A DNA stretch of 64,000 nt from a virus: the IMG/VR virus record IMGVR_UViG_3300037153_000221, positions 3,590 through 67,589 of that record; one strand, given 5' to 3'. Shown here piece after piece: positions 27,830 through 37,322 of this stretch. A program made the translations under genes and the position numbers. Under the pieces are notes generated by a model. The model did not search any database and was not told the origin of the DNA. It saw only the letters and a program-made list of their open reading frames with translations. Within the stretch, counting starts at the first letter, position 1. Each line of letters starts with the position of its first letter.

Positions 27830-28809
27830 GTCAGCTTCTTCAACTGCTCCTGGAGCATCCGCGCCATGTCGTTGATCTCCTCCTGCTCGTCGCCGAGGAT
27901 GGAGGCGTACTCACCGGCACGGCGCTGGAGCGCACGGAACCGGCTCCAGTGGTTGGCGATGACATCGCTTCGGACGGCGCGCTCGCGCTGCTCGGTCCGG
28001 AGCTTGCGCACCTCCTGCATCGCCTCCTTGATCTCCTCACGGGCGTTGGCCATGTGGTGCCTACGGACCAACTCCCGTTCGCTCGCGCTGTCGGCGAGCG
28101 GGACGGCGTGCAGGTAGGCACGGCCCTTGTAGAGATCGTGCAGCATCTCCGACAGCGCCTCCACCTGCTCGGCGTGCCGTTCGGGGATGAAGTAGATCCC
28201 TCCGGCCTTGCCGCGCAGGTTCTCGCCGGACAGGCCCTCGACCTTGCGGGTCTCGTCGGCCTCGCTGCGGATGTAGTTGCGCACGACCCCTCGCACGCGG
28301 GCGCCCGTGATCTTCGAGGTGTTCTTGTCGTAGAAGTCCTGGATGGACTCCATCATGCCCAGCACCTCGGGACGCGAGACCCCGCCGAGCGCGTTGTACT
28401 TGATCGGGTCCGTGTCATCGTTCTTCATAAAGATGACGCGCATCGCCTTCGGGTAGTCCACGACCCGCTCGTCCAGGTCTCGCACGACGGTGGAGATCTG
28501 GTACACGCAGTCGTCGGCGCTCTCGGAGATCTGCACCACGTCGGTCTCGTGGATGACATCGCCGACGCGCTTGCGACCCTCCTGCTCGCGCATCGCGCGC
28601 TTGAAGGTGTTGATGGCCTTCGTGTCCTTCGGGGCGAGCGTCGGCGGAAGGCCCGCCTTGGCGAGCGCGAGCTTGAGCGCTCGCAGTCCGACCGACTCGT
28701 CCGGCACGCTGAACCAGGTCAGGTAGCCGAGAGGCTTGATCTTCTTGTCGTCGCTGATGGCGACGACCCCTTCGATGCTCTTGGGCATGGTCGGCATGGC
28801 CGCGTCCAC
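27826..28809 (-). CDS. DUF6744-like protein associated with the AAA-VWA pair
   Basis: 'LGYLTWFSV', 'GG.YF.P', helical C-terminus; downstream of VWA. Confidence 0.55.
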   Translation of the reverse strand: MDAAMPTMPKSIEGVVAISDDKKIKPLGYLTWFSVPDESVGLRALKLALAKAGLPPTLAPKDTKAINTFKRAMREQEGRKRVGDVIHETDVVQISESADDCVYQISTVVRDLDERVVDYPKAMRVIFMKNDDTDPIKYNALGGVSRPEVLGMMESIQDFYDKNTSKITGARVRGVVRNYIRSEADETRKVEGLSGENLRGKAGGIYFIPERHAEQVEALSEMLHDLYKGRAYLHAVPLADSASERELVRRHHMANAREEIKEAMQEVRKLRTEQRERAVRSDVIANHWSRFRALQRRAGEYASILGDEQEEINDMARMLQEQLKKLT

Positions 28810-28894
28810 ACTCCTTTCGATTCGTACATGGGACTGTAGTTATGGGACAGTGTACTACACGGGGTGGACAGATGACTGTCCACCCCGGTCCTGC

Positions 28895-30589
28895 TCAGGT
28901 GATGTGCGTGGCGAGTTGGGCGGTCGCCTCGCTCGGATCTTCGAGGTTGAAGTCGTGCACGTCCACGACGTTCTCCCCGCAGTAGTCGCGCAGGTACTGG
29001 AACGACCCGCCGATGCCGACGCCGTGGAACCTGACGCCCTTCGCATCGAGTCCGTCGCGCAGCATCTTGTCCTCGGGACCGAAGCTCGCCTGGCCGTCGC
29101 CCACGAGCACGATGTCCGCCTTGCGGAACTCGTTGGCGGTCTCCATGATCTTCTTCGCAAGCGCGACGCCCTGGAGGGGCACCGTGCCGCCACCGAAGAA
29201 GTGGCTCGCCATGTCCACGATGTCCTGCGCGTTCAGTTCGCGCTTGGCCGGGAACAGGAAGTGGTGGACTTCGCCACTGGACCCGAACCCGACGTACGCG
29301 AAGTCGCGGTCCTCGCGTCGGCAGATGTTCAGCAGGCAGCACGCGATGGCCTTGCACCACACGTTGCGCTGTCCGCCCATCGAACCCGACTCGTCGCCGA
29401 CCAGCACGATGGGACCGCGCCCGGCGTGCTCCTCGCCCACGGTGTCGTACACCATGAGTTCGCCGGACAGGTAGCGCATGTAGAAGTCGTCCTCGGTGTC
29501 CGGGTCCGCGAGCACGCCCAGTTCGGCCGGGAGGATGCGCCGTAGCTCATCTCCCAACTTGAGATCCACGATCTCGTCCTGACCGCCGACGACGCGCTTG
29601 GCACGCTCGAAGCGCATGTGCTGATCGAGTCGGCCGTACAGTTCGGCCACCGCCTTCAGCGTGGGATTGTTCATCCACATGTCGGCGATGGTCAGCGCCT
29701 GCTCGGGCGACTCGTAACGCGGCTCGCCCTTGTCCAGACCGGCACCGAAGCTCGGCATGTTGCCCGCGCTCTCGGCCGCAGCCTTCGCCTCCTTGACCGC
29801 GCTCACGACCGCATCGTGAGCGGCCTTCGAGAACGGCTTGGGGATGTTCGCAGCGACCGCCTGCGCCTGCGCGATGGCGCCGCGCTTGTCCAGGACGCCC
29901 TGGCGAATGGCGTCCACAAGCTCCTGCGGGATCGGCTGTCCGTTGGCGTTCAGTTCGCGCGCCTCCTGACGCAGCGACTCCAGTTCGTTGATCGCGCCGT
30001 CCGCCGTGTCGCGCGCCTGCTCGAACTCCTCGGCCATGCGAGCCTGTTCGACTAGCTCGTCACCGAGAATGGACTTCAGCGCGCCGATGGCGGCCATGGT
30101 GGCGACAGCGGCCGTGCTCGGACTGTCGCGGGTGATGTTGCGCGACTGCGCGTGATCGTCCTCGGCCGTCATCTTCGAGAGGATCTTCGCGTGATGCGCG
30201 ACGCCGGGGTCCACCTCGTCGGGCGAGAGGATCTGCGGCTCGCGTGCGTGGTGGTAGGAGTAGAACACATCTCGTGTCAACTCCTCCCACGCATCGTACG
30301 CGGGAGCGTTCTCGCGCGCCGCCTTCGCAGCACGCGCCTGCTCCTGGTAGGACTTGATCTCGTCCGGACTGGCCGTGGTGAAGTCCGGCGCGTCCGGTTC
30401 GGGCACGTCGGGCGCGATGTGCGGCGCGTCCTCGACGGCCATGCGCCTGAAGCGCGGGGAGTCGTCGGTGTAGTTGCCGAAGACCATCTTGTCCACGGAA
30501 TCGTGCTCCACGGACTGGCGCGGCATCTGCACGGGCGGGGTGTCACCACGCCGGTTGAACAGGCGGCGGATGATGTCGTCGTAACCCAC
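28895..30589 (-). CDS. VWA-domain (ViaA/CoxE-like) MoxR partner protein
   Basis: MIDAS 'DESGSM', 'GGGT', 'DIVLVGDG'; GTG start after AAGGAG. Confidence 0.88.
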   Translation of the reverse strand: MGYDDIIRRLFNRRGDTPPVQMPRQSVEHDSVDKMVFGNYTDDSPRFRRMAVEDAPHIAPDVPEPDAPDFTTASPDEIKSYQEQARAAKAARENAPAYDAWEELTRDVFYSYHHAREPQILSPDEVDPGVAHHAKILSKMTAEDDHAQSRNITRDSPSTAAVATMAAIGALKSILGDELVEQARMAEEFEQARDTADGAINELESLRQEARELNANGQPIPQELVDAIRQGVLDKRGAIAQAQAVAANIPKPFSKAAHDAVVSAVKEAKAAAESAGNMPSFGAGLDKGEPRYESPEQALTIADMWMNNPTLKAVAELYGRLDQHMRFERAKRVVGGQDEIVDLKLGDELRRILPAELGVLADPDTEDDFYMRYLSGELMVYDTVGEEHAGRGPIVLVGDESGSMGGQRNVWCKAIACCLLNICRREDRDFAYVGFGSSGEVHHFLFPAKRELNAQDIVDMASHFFGGGTVPLQGVALAKKIMETANEFRKADIVLVGDGQASFGPEDKMLRDGLDAKGVRFHGVGIGGSFQYLRDYCGENVVDVHDFNLEDPSEATAQLATHIT

Positions 30590-30727
30590 GGTACTCCTTC
30601 CTTGTTCGTGATTACAGTTCGTTCGTAAGCGGTGGTCGGCGCCCGCATGTCCATCCATGTCCGTCACACGGACGCCGACCACCGCTCACGCACAGGATGC
30701 GTGAGCGGTGTCCCTGGAGGGAAGTGT

Positions 30728-31978
30728 TCACTCCTCCTCGCCTGCGATGGTCTTCTCGACCCAGTTGTGCGCCTGGGTGATCTCGGACAGCACCGCCTCC
30801 AGGTCGGCGGTGTCGTGACCCTGCGAGCCGCCTTCGCGGATCTGGTCGTTCGCGTCGCGCTTGAGGCGCCGGAGGTCGCGCATGACCTTGAAGCCGCGCT
30901 CCATCTGCTCGTCGGTCGGCTCGCCGCCGTTCGCCTGGATGTCGCCCTTGACGGCATCCAGTTCGTTGAGCACCGGATCGAGAGCTTCGCGCATCCGCGA
31001 CGCCTTGCGGGCGAACACGTTGGCGAACTCCATGACGATCTTGTGCGCCGACTCGCGGTGGTCCGGGTGGTTCCACGCCATGTGCTGGCAGACGATCATG
31101 TCGTCGGTGGACACCGACCCTTCGCCTCGCGTCCACGCACGCGCCTTCATGGCGCGCAGCATCTGACCGATGCGACGCTGGCTCGGCGGGTGACCGGCGC
31201 TCGCCCAGCGCTCCTGCGCGATCTGCATGGACTCGATGACGGCATCGGGGATGATGACCGACATCGCCTCCATGCGCGCCTGACGGATCTCGTCCAGCGA
31301 GATGTTCGGAGCGTTCGACATGTCCACCGTGGACGCCGACGCCTGGTACTCGTCCTGGATGCGCATGACATCCTTGCGACCTTCGGGCGAGCGCACCGGC
31401 TGCACCACGAGCGAGATGCCCCAGCGGTCACGGAACGGTTGAAGATCCTCGCGGTCGGGAAGCTCGTTCGAGCTACCGAAGATGCAGAGGAGTTGCGACA
31501 GGTCCAGCGTCGCGCCGCCGACCTTCAGCTTGCGCTGCGCCATCACGTCCAGCAGCGCGTTCGCCATGGTGGGCGAGCACTTGAAGATCTCGTCCAGGTA
31601 GCCGAGAACGGCAGTCGGGAGAAAGCCGTCCGTGAGGCGTTCGATGCGCCCCTCCTTCATGGCCGGGAGCGAGCGCGGACCCAGCACGTCATCCGCGCTG
31701 GACTCCTTGAAGACCATGTAGTTGAACAGGTCGGACTTGCTCGCGCCCGAGATGCAGCGGAGCATCAGTTCGATGGCCCACGTCTTGCCCACGCCCGGAT
31801 CGCCGAGGAACAGCGGATCGACGCCGGACACGAGCGAGTTGCCGAGAAGTTCGATCATGTCTCGGCGCTCGATGTTGTACTGCGCGAGCCAGCCGTCCGG
31901 CGCGAAGATCTCGCGGTGCTTGACCACGAGCGCGTCCGTGACGGTGCCACGCTTGACTACGGGATCGGCGATTGCCAC
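30728..31978 (-). CDS. MoxR/RavA-family AAA+ ATPase
   Basis: GDPGVGKT; 'LDEIFK'; 'SSNELP'; 'FRDRW'. Confidence 0.9.
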   Translation of the reverse strand: MAIADPVVKRGTVTDALVVKHREIFAPDGWLAQYNIERRDMIELLGNSLVSGVDPLFLGDPGVGKTWAIELMLRCISGASKSDLFNYMVFKESSADDVLGPRSLPAMKEGRIERLTDGFLPTAVLGYLDEIFKCSPTMANALLDVMAQRKLKVGGATLDLSQLLCIFGSSNELPDREDLQPFRDRWGISLVVQPVRSPEGRKDVMRIQDEYQASASTVDMSNAPNISLDEIRQARMEAMSVIIPDAVIESMQIAQERWASAGHPPSQRRIGQMLRAMKARAWTRGEGSVSTDDMIVCQHMAWNHPDHRESAHKIVMEFANVFARKASRMREALDPVLNELDAVKGDIQANGGEPTDEQMERGFKVMRDLRRLKRDANDQIREGGSQGHDTADLEAVLSEITQAHNWVEKTIAGEEE

Positions 31979-31984
31979 TTCGTA

Positions 31985-33325
31985 TCACCCTCCAGGGGTA
32001 TCGTTGGACTCTAGTTCGGGGATTGCGCTGCGCATGGCGCTCAGTTCGAGCATGATGCGCTGCGCTGTCCCCTCGAAGGTTCGCGCGTGCTGCGCCTCAC
32101 GGCGAGCACGGACACGAGCCTTGAACTTCTCGACGGCTCGGCGCTCGCGCATGTGCGCACGCTCGGCGCGCTCCAGCCTGCGCTGCTCACGGGCACGCTC
32201 ACGCTTGCCCTTCAGGTAGTTCTCGCCATCCTTTCGCATGGCGTGCGTGCCGTCCACCAACCTCGGCACGCCGTGCGCGTCGCGTGACACGGCGGAAAGG
32301 GGGATGTAGTTTCGTTCGACCCACGCAGCGTGCGCCTCACGAGACTGGACGACCTTCGCGCGGTCGGCGCGCCAGGCTTCCAGCCACCCTTCCCAGCCGC
32401 CGTACGCATGGAGCGCGGCTTCGCGCGAGGACCACGACGGCCAGCGCTGCCCGGCGAACCACTTGCCGTTCATGTACGCATCCCAGCGGTCGTGCCGGTT
32501 GCGGAAGCGCTGGCAGTGCAGGCACTGCTTGTACTCGACGCGCGACGTTCGGTCGAACGAGCGATAGGTGTCGTCGTACTGGGCGTAGTTCTCGGACCCC
32601 CACACGATCACGCCGTTCACCATCGTTCGCCTATAGAGCGACTTGCGTTCGGGCGTATACCGGCGCCAGTACGTGAACTCGCCGGGCTTGCCACGATTCC
32701 ACAGTCGTTCGCCGACCATGTACGTGTCCACGCCTGCGAACTCCTCGGACGTGGAGACCATCTCGTCCTCGGCGTACGAGTAGTGCTCCACGGTGCCCGC
32801 GACGCACAGGTGGCGCTCGGTGTCCACCGGCTCGGGTCCGGGTTCGTACGCATGGAAGCGCTTGGGCACGGACGGCTCGAAGACCTCGGGTTCGGGGTCA
32901 TCCGCGCGCGGGATGATCGGAACGCCGTTCGGCAGGTTGTACGAGGACAGCCACGCCTCGCGCACCTTGATGCGTCCACGCGAGATGGACTCGACTTGCT
33001 GCGCGGCGATCTTCACGTTCCAGTGGTCGCCGGGCGTGTCCGCCCATCCGCGTACGGGGTAGTAGTCCTTGTTGACCACGATCTCCACGCACTCGCCGCG
33101 CACGTTGCGGCAGATGCGACCCATTGGGAAGTGATGGCCGAACGAGTACACCACGTCGCGCGTGATGATGATGCTGTTCGTGTCGCCGCTGTTCGCCACG
33201 CACTCGGGCACGAGCGCGTGCGCGGCCCAGAAGTCCACAGCTTCGCTGTTCGAGCGCGGCTTGCGCACACGGCGTCCGCCGTTCTTCTCACGCATGATGG
33301 CGTCACGCCAGTCACGAATGTCCAT
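31985..33325 (-). CDS. Hypothetical protein, 446 aa (Trp/Arg-rich)
   Basis: 'VYSFGHHFPM' N-terminal motif; GAGGAGG RBS. Confidence 0.65.
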   Translation of the reverse strand: MDIRDWRDAIMREKNGGRRVRKPRSNSEAVDFWAAHALVPECVANSGDTNSIIITRDVVYSFGHHFPMGRICRNVRGECVEIVVNKDYYPVRGWADTPGDHWNVKIAAQQVESISRGRIKVREAWLSSYNLPNGVPIIPRADDPEPEVFEPSVPKRFHAYEPGPEPVDTERHLCVAGTVEHYSYAEDEMVSTSEEFAGVDTYMVGERLWNRGKPGEFTYWRRYTPERKSLYRRTMVNGVIVWGSENYAQYDDTYRSFDRTSRVEYKQCLHCQRFRNRHDRWDAYMNGKWFAGQRWPSWSSREAALHAYGGWEGWLEAWRADRAKVVQSREAHAAWVERNYIPLSAVSRDAHGVPRLVDGTHAMRKDGENYLKGKRERAREQRRLERAERAHMRERRAVEKFKARVRARREAQHARTFEGTAQRIMLELSAMRSAIPELESNDTPGG

Positions 33326-33530
33326 CGTTCACCTCCTCGCGGGTGGGGGGATAGGGGTACATGTCACGCAGCAGCGCATAGTCCTGCGCTGCACGCTGGA
33401 TTTCGGACTCCAGTTCGGAGTTCTCGCGCTTCAGGTTGCGCACCTGAAGCACCAGGAAGATGATGGCGCCGTACGCGATGAACAGCGCGAGCGCTGCGAT
33501 GGACGCGAGCGTGTGGGAGACTTCGATCAT
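33312..33530 (-). CDS. Small membrane + coiled-coil protein
   Basis: Transmembrane segment followed by a heptad pattern. Confidence 0.55.
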   Translation of the reverse strand: MIEVSHTLASIAALALFIAYGAIIFLVLQVRNLKRENSELESEIQRAAQDYALLRDMYPYPPTREEVNDGHS

Positions 33531-33688
33531 CGGCCGATCCTCACGAGGTGGAGCGCCGAGTAGTAGTCCTGCGGCCAGCGCGCAGGATCGACGTATCCGA
33601 CCTTGCGGTCGTACGCGCGAGCGTTCGCAACCCAGCGATACAGGGCAGCGCGCGCGGTGCGCAAACGGGCGAGGGCGAGCGGGGACAT
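33527..33688 (-). CDS. Small hypothetical protein
   Basis: GGAGG RBS; starts MSPLALARL. Confidence 0.45.
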   Translation of the reverse strand: MSPLALARLRTARAALYRWVANARAYDRKVGYVDPARWPQDYYSALHLVRIGR

Positions 33689-33921
33689 GCGAACCTCCAA
33701 ACTAGGGTCCAGGGTATCAGAAATACGGAAGCATGGACGCTCGCGCAGACGGCGCGGACGCCCGAGACAGCGGGTTCTTACAGGGAAACTGGCGTCCGTT
33801 CGTAGGCACGGACAGGCGGGAGGCAAAGTCTTCAGTCACGCCGTCCGGCTCGCGCTCGCACAGGCATCGGGACCCCTCTCGAAGCTGCGGCGCGCGCCTG
33901 GACGGCGTGACGCTTGTGACG

Positions 33922-34788
33922 CTAGTTGCGCCCGATGTGGGCGATAGCGTCCAGTGAGTCGGCGAACACGAGCACGGACCACTGTCCGCACTTCGCGCAT
34001 CGCTCCATCACCGCGAGGACACCGTGGTCCTCCAGTTCGTACAGCAGGCCACGCGCGACACCGCGCGAAACGTGGTCCAGAACGACGGTCCCCTCGTTCA
34101 TGCCGCCACCCACACGGGCGACGGCGCGAACGAGTTGGCGAGGTGACGCGCGAACGCGACCTTCGCAGCGTGGAACGTCGGGTACGAGTTGCCGGTATGG
34201 ATCTCGGCGTGGTACGCGCCCGGCGCCAGCGTGGCGTCGCACACTACGTACGGACCGGAGTCCGTTCGTAGGAGCAGGCCCACGGCGTGCGTGGTGCCGA
34301 GTTCGTCGCGCTCGAAGATTCCAAGGATCTCGGCGCCCTGTTCGTCAGCGCACTCGGCGTAGGCGCGGTAGCGCGAGGAGTGCATCACAGCACCTCCAGG
34401 TCGATGGCGGACAGGTTGTACAACTCGTAGGCGCACAGGACCGTGGTCTCCGTGCACCCGTGGAAGTCGGCGACCATGTTGGCCGCGAGCTTCGCAGGCA
34501 CGCTGCGCGAACGCAGCGCGAGGAAGTCCAGCGCGAGCGTGAGGCGGGCCATGCTCAGCATCGCCCCTCCCCGAAAGCCGCCACGCGGCGCTCGCGCTCC
34601 ACCTGCTGCGCGTGGCGCCGGGGGTAGGCGACGCACTCGCTGCACTTGCCCTGCGTGATGTGCAGCACGCGGTCGTCCAGGCGGGCGACGGGCATGTCAT
34701 CCCAGCACTCTGGACAGCACACGATCTCTAGCGCGTGCACGGGGTCGCGCTCGCGCAACTCGTTCTCGACTGCTTGCACGGGGTCCAT
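33922..34788 (-). CDS. Four tiny coupled early genes (33922..34101, 34098..34385, 34385..34561, 34555..34788)
   Basis: Overlapping start/stop codons and RBSs; two carry CxxC pairs. Confidence 0.5.
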
Positions 34789-34887
34789 GCGTAACTCCAG
34801 TCTGTTCGTAGGTACAGGTACGTTCGTTCGTTCGTGTTCGCCCACAGACGTGAGCGAGCACCAAAGAACGCCCGAAGGCGGGGGGGC

Positions 34888-35217
34888 CTAAGCCCCACCC
34901 GCCTGCTTGGCGATGCTCTCCTGCGCGGCCTTGACCGCCTTGGCGAGCGCGTCCAGCTTGCCGGTAGCGGCGAACGCTCCGGCGATGTCGGCGGCCGTGA
35001 ACACCTTGCCGCCCGCGATGGCCGAGCCGACCGCGTACTCCGGGACCGCGATCTGGTTCACGCCCACCTGATGGATCAGGTAGGTGTCGTCCGGATCGCC
35101 CGCGCGGACACCCACGCCCACGCGCTCACCGATGTCGGCGTTGAGCGTGAGCGTGCGGGAGTCGTCCAGCACGTAACGAGCGCGGCTCTTTGCCGCGCCA
35201 TTGGTGGCGAGTGCCAT
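34888..35217 (-). CDS. First gene of the leftward early operon, Ala-rich
   Basis: GGAGG RBS; clean codon usage. Confidence 0.7.
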   Translation of the reverse strand: MALATNGAAKSRARYVLDDSRTLTLNADIGERVGVGVRAGDPDDTYLIHQVGVNQIAVPEYAVGSAIAGGKVFTAADIAGAFAATGKLDALAKAVKAAQESIAKQAGGA

Positions 35218-35290
35218 GATTGCGTACCTCCAGGGTGCGCGTAGGATTCACACGAGCACAGGCGCCCGTTCGAGCGCGTGCACTTGCACT

Positions 35291-35640
35291 TGCATTGGAG
35301 ACACGGAGCAGCCGCGCCGATGTGTGACATCGGCGCGGCTGCGCCGCATCCTGCACTGGAGACACGGAGTCGGCGCGCCGATGTGTGACACGGCGCGCCG
35401 GACGTGAGTCCAGCGTGAGAGTCGGTCTCCCGGTCTCACGGGAGACACGGAGCGGAGACCCCCCGATGTGACGTCACACCCTGGACGGTCCGCTCCGTGT
35501 CTCCAGTGCAGGAAGCTGGAACGCTGGACGGTCCGACTAGGCGTCACACCCTGGACGGTCCGCTCCGTGTCTCCAGTGCAGGAACGCTGGACGGTCCGAT
35601 GTGTCACACATTGGACGGTCCGCTCCGTGTCTCCAGTGCA
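35291..35640. repeat. Mirror-symmetric array of six bipartite units TGCACTGGAGACACGGAG-N14-TGTGAC
   Basis: Three forward units (35291, 35352, partial 35441) and three reverse units (ending 35510, 35580, 35640) meet at the palindrome TGTGACGTCACA, 35467-35478. Confidence 0.9.
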
Positions 35641-35849
35641 GCACGCTGGACGCTCCGTGAGAAACCCGGACCCTACCCGCCGATACCGGCGACCGACTGA
35701 CCGGACTGACTAGCTCACGGCGCGTCCAGCGCCATGGCCCTGGAGCACCCTGGACAAACGTCCGACTACAGTTGGACGCTAGGATCTCCGATAATCGTCG
35801 TGAGCGCGCACCCGCGCGCCGAACCCACCGACACACTGGAGACCCCCCA

Positions 35850-36827
35850 ATGTCACTCAAGCTCTACACCGCCGCTGATCGGCGCCGCATGAATCTCGTC
35901 ACTGCTGACGACATCTTGAAGTCCACCCGTGCCGCCGCAAAGCTCGGCCTACAGGGCGAGCAGTGGAGCGCGGAGGATCGCGCGGAGTGCGCGGCTCACC
36001 TCGTCACCCTGGTTATGGGGCGCGCCACGCTGGACGCCGAAACCGTCCGCACTCCGGCGCACGGGAACCTGTACCCCGCGCGCCTGATCGGCATGGACTT
36101 TCTCGTCAAGCGTGCGGGCGACTGGCGCCGCGCGCGTGAGGCGCAGATTGCGCGCGATGCGGCGGACGCTAACGAGCGCGGCGGCATGGCCGTGCACGGG
36201 AGCACTACCGGCGATAACGGCGACGCAAACAACCTCACCCCGTGGGGCGCGCGCATCCGCGCGGTGGAGATGCTCCAGAACGCGGGCATCATCGGCGCAA
36301 CGATGGACGCGCCCGCGCCGATGTGGTCGCTTGCCTACGGCGCCGCGCGCGGCGCCGCCGGTATCGAATCGCGCGAGGTTGCGGAAGAACTGGAGTTGAC
36401 GTTTGACACCTATCGCGCGCACCTCAGCCGCGCGGCTAAGACGCTCCGCGCGTGCGGCGGATGGGACGCATGGCTGGACGCGCTGCTCATGGAAGGCATC
36501 GACTGGAGCGCGCCGGGCGAGTACGTGCACGAGCGCGCGGAGGACATCGCCTCCCGCACCGCGCGGGCAAACGCGCGAGATGCGGCCGTGAGCGTGCGGA
36601 CCGTCAAGCCGCGCACCATCGGCAAGCGCGCAAGCGCCGGAGCCGCCTGGAGCCGCGCGCGAGTCTCGCCCGCCTTCCGCGTGCGGACCGTCATCGACCC
36701 GCTACCCGCGCGCACGCACGACCGACTCCGAAAGGCGTCCGACATGCGGCGCAAGCGCGCGGCGGCGGTCACTCCGGCCGAACGGCGGCAGGCGCGCCTA
36801 GCGGCTGGACTCCCGGTCGAGTCCTAA
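35850..36827 (+). CDS. HTH (sigma region 4-like) DNA-binding protein, 325 aa
   Basis: 'IESREVAEELELTFDTYRAHLSRAAKTL'; basic C-terminus; first rightward gene. Confidence 0.6.
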   Translation: MSLKLYTAADRRRMNLVTADDILKSTRAAAKLGLQGEQWSAEDRAECAAHLVTLVMGRATLDAETVRTPAHGNLYPARLIGMDFLVKRAGDWRRAREAQIARDAADANERGGMAVHGSTTGDNGDANNLTPWGARIRAVEMLQNAGIIGATMDAPAPMWSLAYGAARGAAGIESREVAEELELTFDTYRAHLSRAAKTLRACGGWDAWLDALLMEGIDWSAPGEYVHERAEDIASRTARANARDAAVSVRTVKPRTIGKRASAGAAWSRARVSPAFRVRTVIDPLPARTHDRLRKASDMRRKRAAAVTPAERRQARLAAGLPVES

Positions 36828-36845
36828 ACGGACAACCCCCCGGTT

Positions 36846-36870
36846 GCGCCGGAGCTTTCCGCTCCGGCGC
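36846..36870 (+). terminator. Hairpin after 35850..36827
   Basis: GCGCCGGAGC-TTTCC-GCTCCGGCGC. Confidence 0.45.
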
Positions 36871-37196
36871 CCGCCCCCCACATGGCTTCCGCTCTCTCGC
36901 CAGCCCTGAAAAAAACCCCTGCAAATGGACCGAACTCGCGCTCGTCCAATGTGCAACTCAAGTTCAGCTTTGCACGTTTGGACGGGGCAGATTCAACCCG
37001 AAACCGACTGGACCGGGGGCAGTCCACGCCTACTGTGCAGGACGGGTACGGCGGACCCCTCGAATTGGGTCCGGTCAGCACGGAAAGCCCCTGCAAATCC
37101 CCAGGCTGGATACCGCTGGAGGAATCTCAGCGGTCAATAAGACCCCCTCCCCTACCCAGCCGGGGTGGAGTCCCGGCGCGGTGGTAGGGTCCAGGG

Positions 37197-37322
37197 ATGG
37201 CGTATGTGCTCGCGGCGGTGTGCGTGCTGGTGGTGCTCTGGCACGTCTTCCTCGTACCCCCGGACTGGCCGGAGGAGGATGGACCGCTCGCGGAGATCTA
37301 CAACCTGGACGACTACCGTTGA
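37197..37322 (+). CDS. Small membrane peptide (probably leaderless)
   Basis: MAYVLAAVCVLVVLWHVFLV...; TAGGGT 6 nt upstream of ATG. Confidence 0.45.
   Translation: MAYVLAAVCVLVVLWHVFLVPPDWPEEDGPLAEIYNLDDYR

Noticed and set aside
35467-35478. CRP/GlxR site
   Set aside because: TGTGA and TCACA are 2 bp apart, not 6
35291-35640. CRISPR mini-array
   Set aside because: Units switch orientation, the intervening sequences resemble each other, and there is no cas operon
35772-37321. Upstream extensions of ORFs 35772..36827 and 36452..37900
   Set aside because: Better starts at 35850 and 37322; the extensions read like GC-rich shadow sequence
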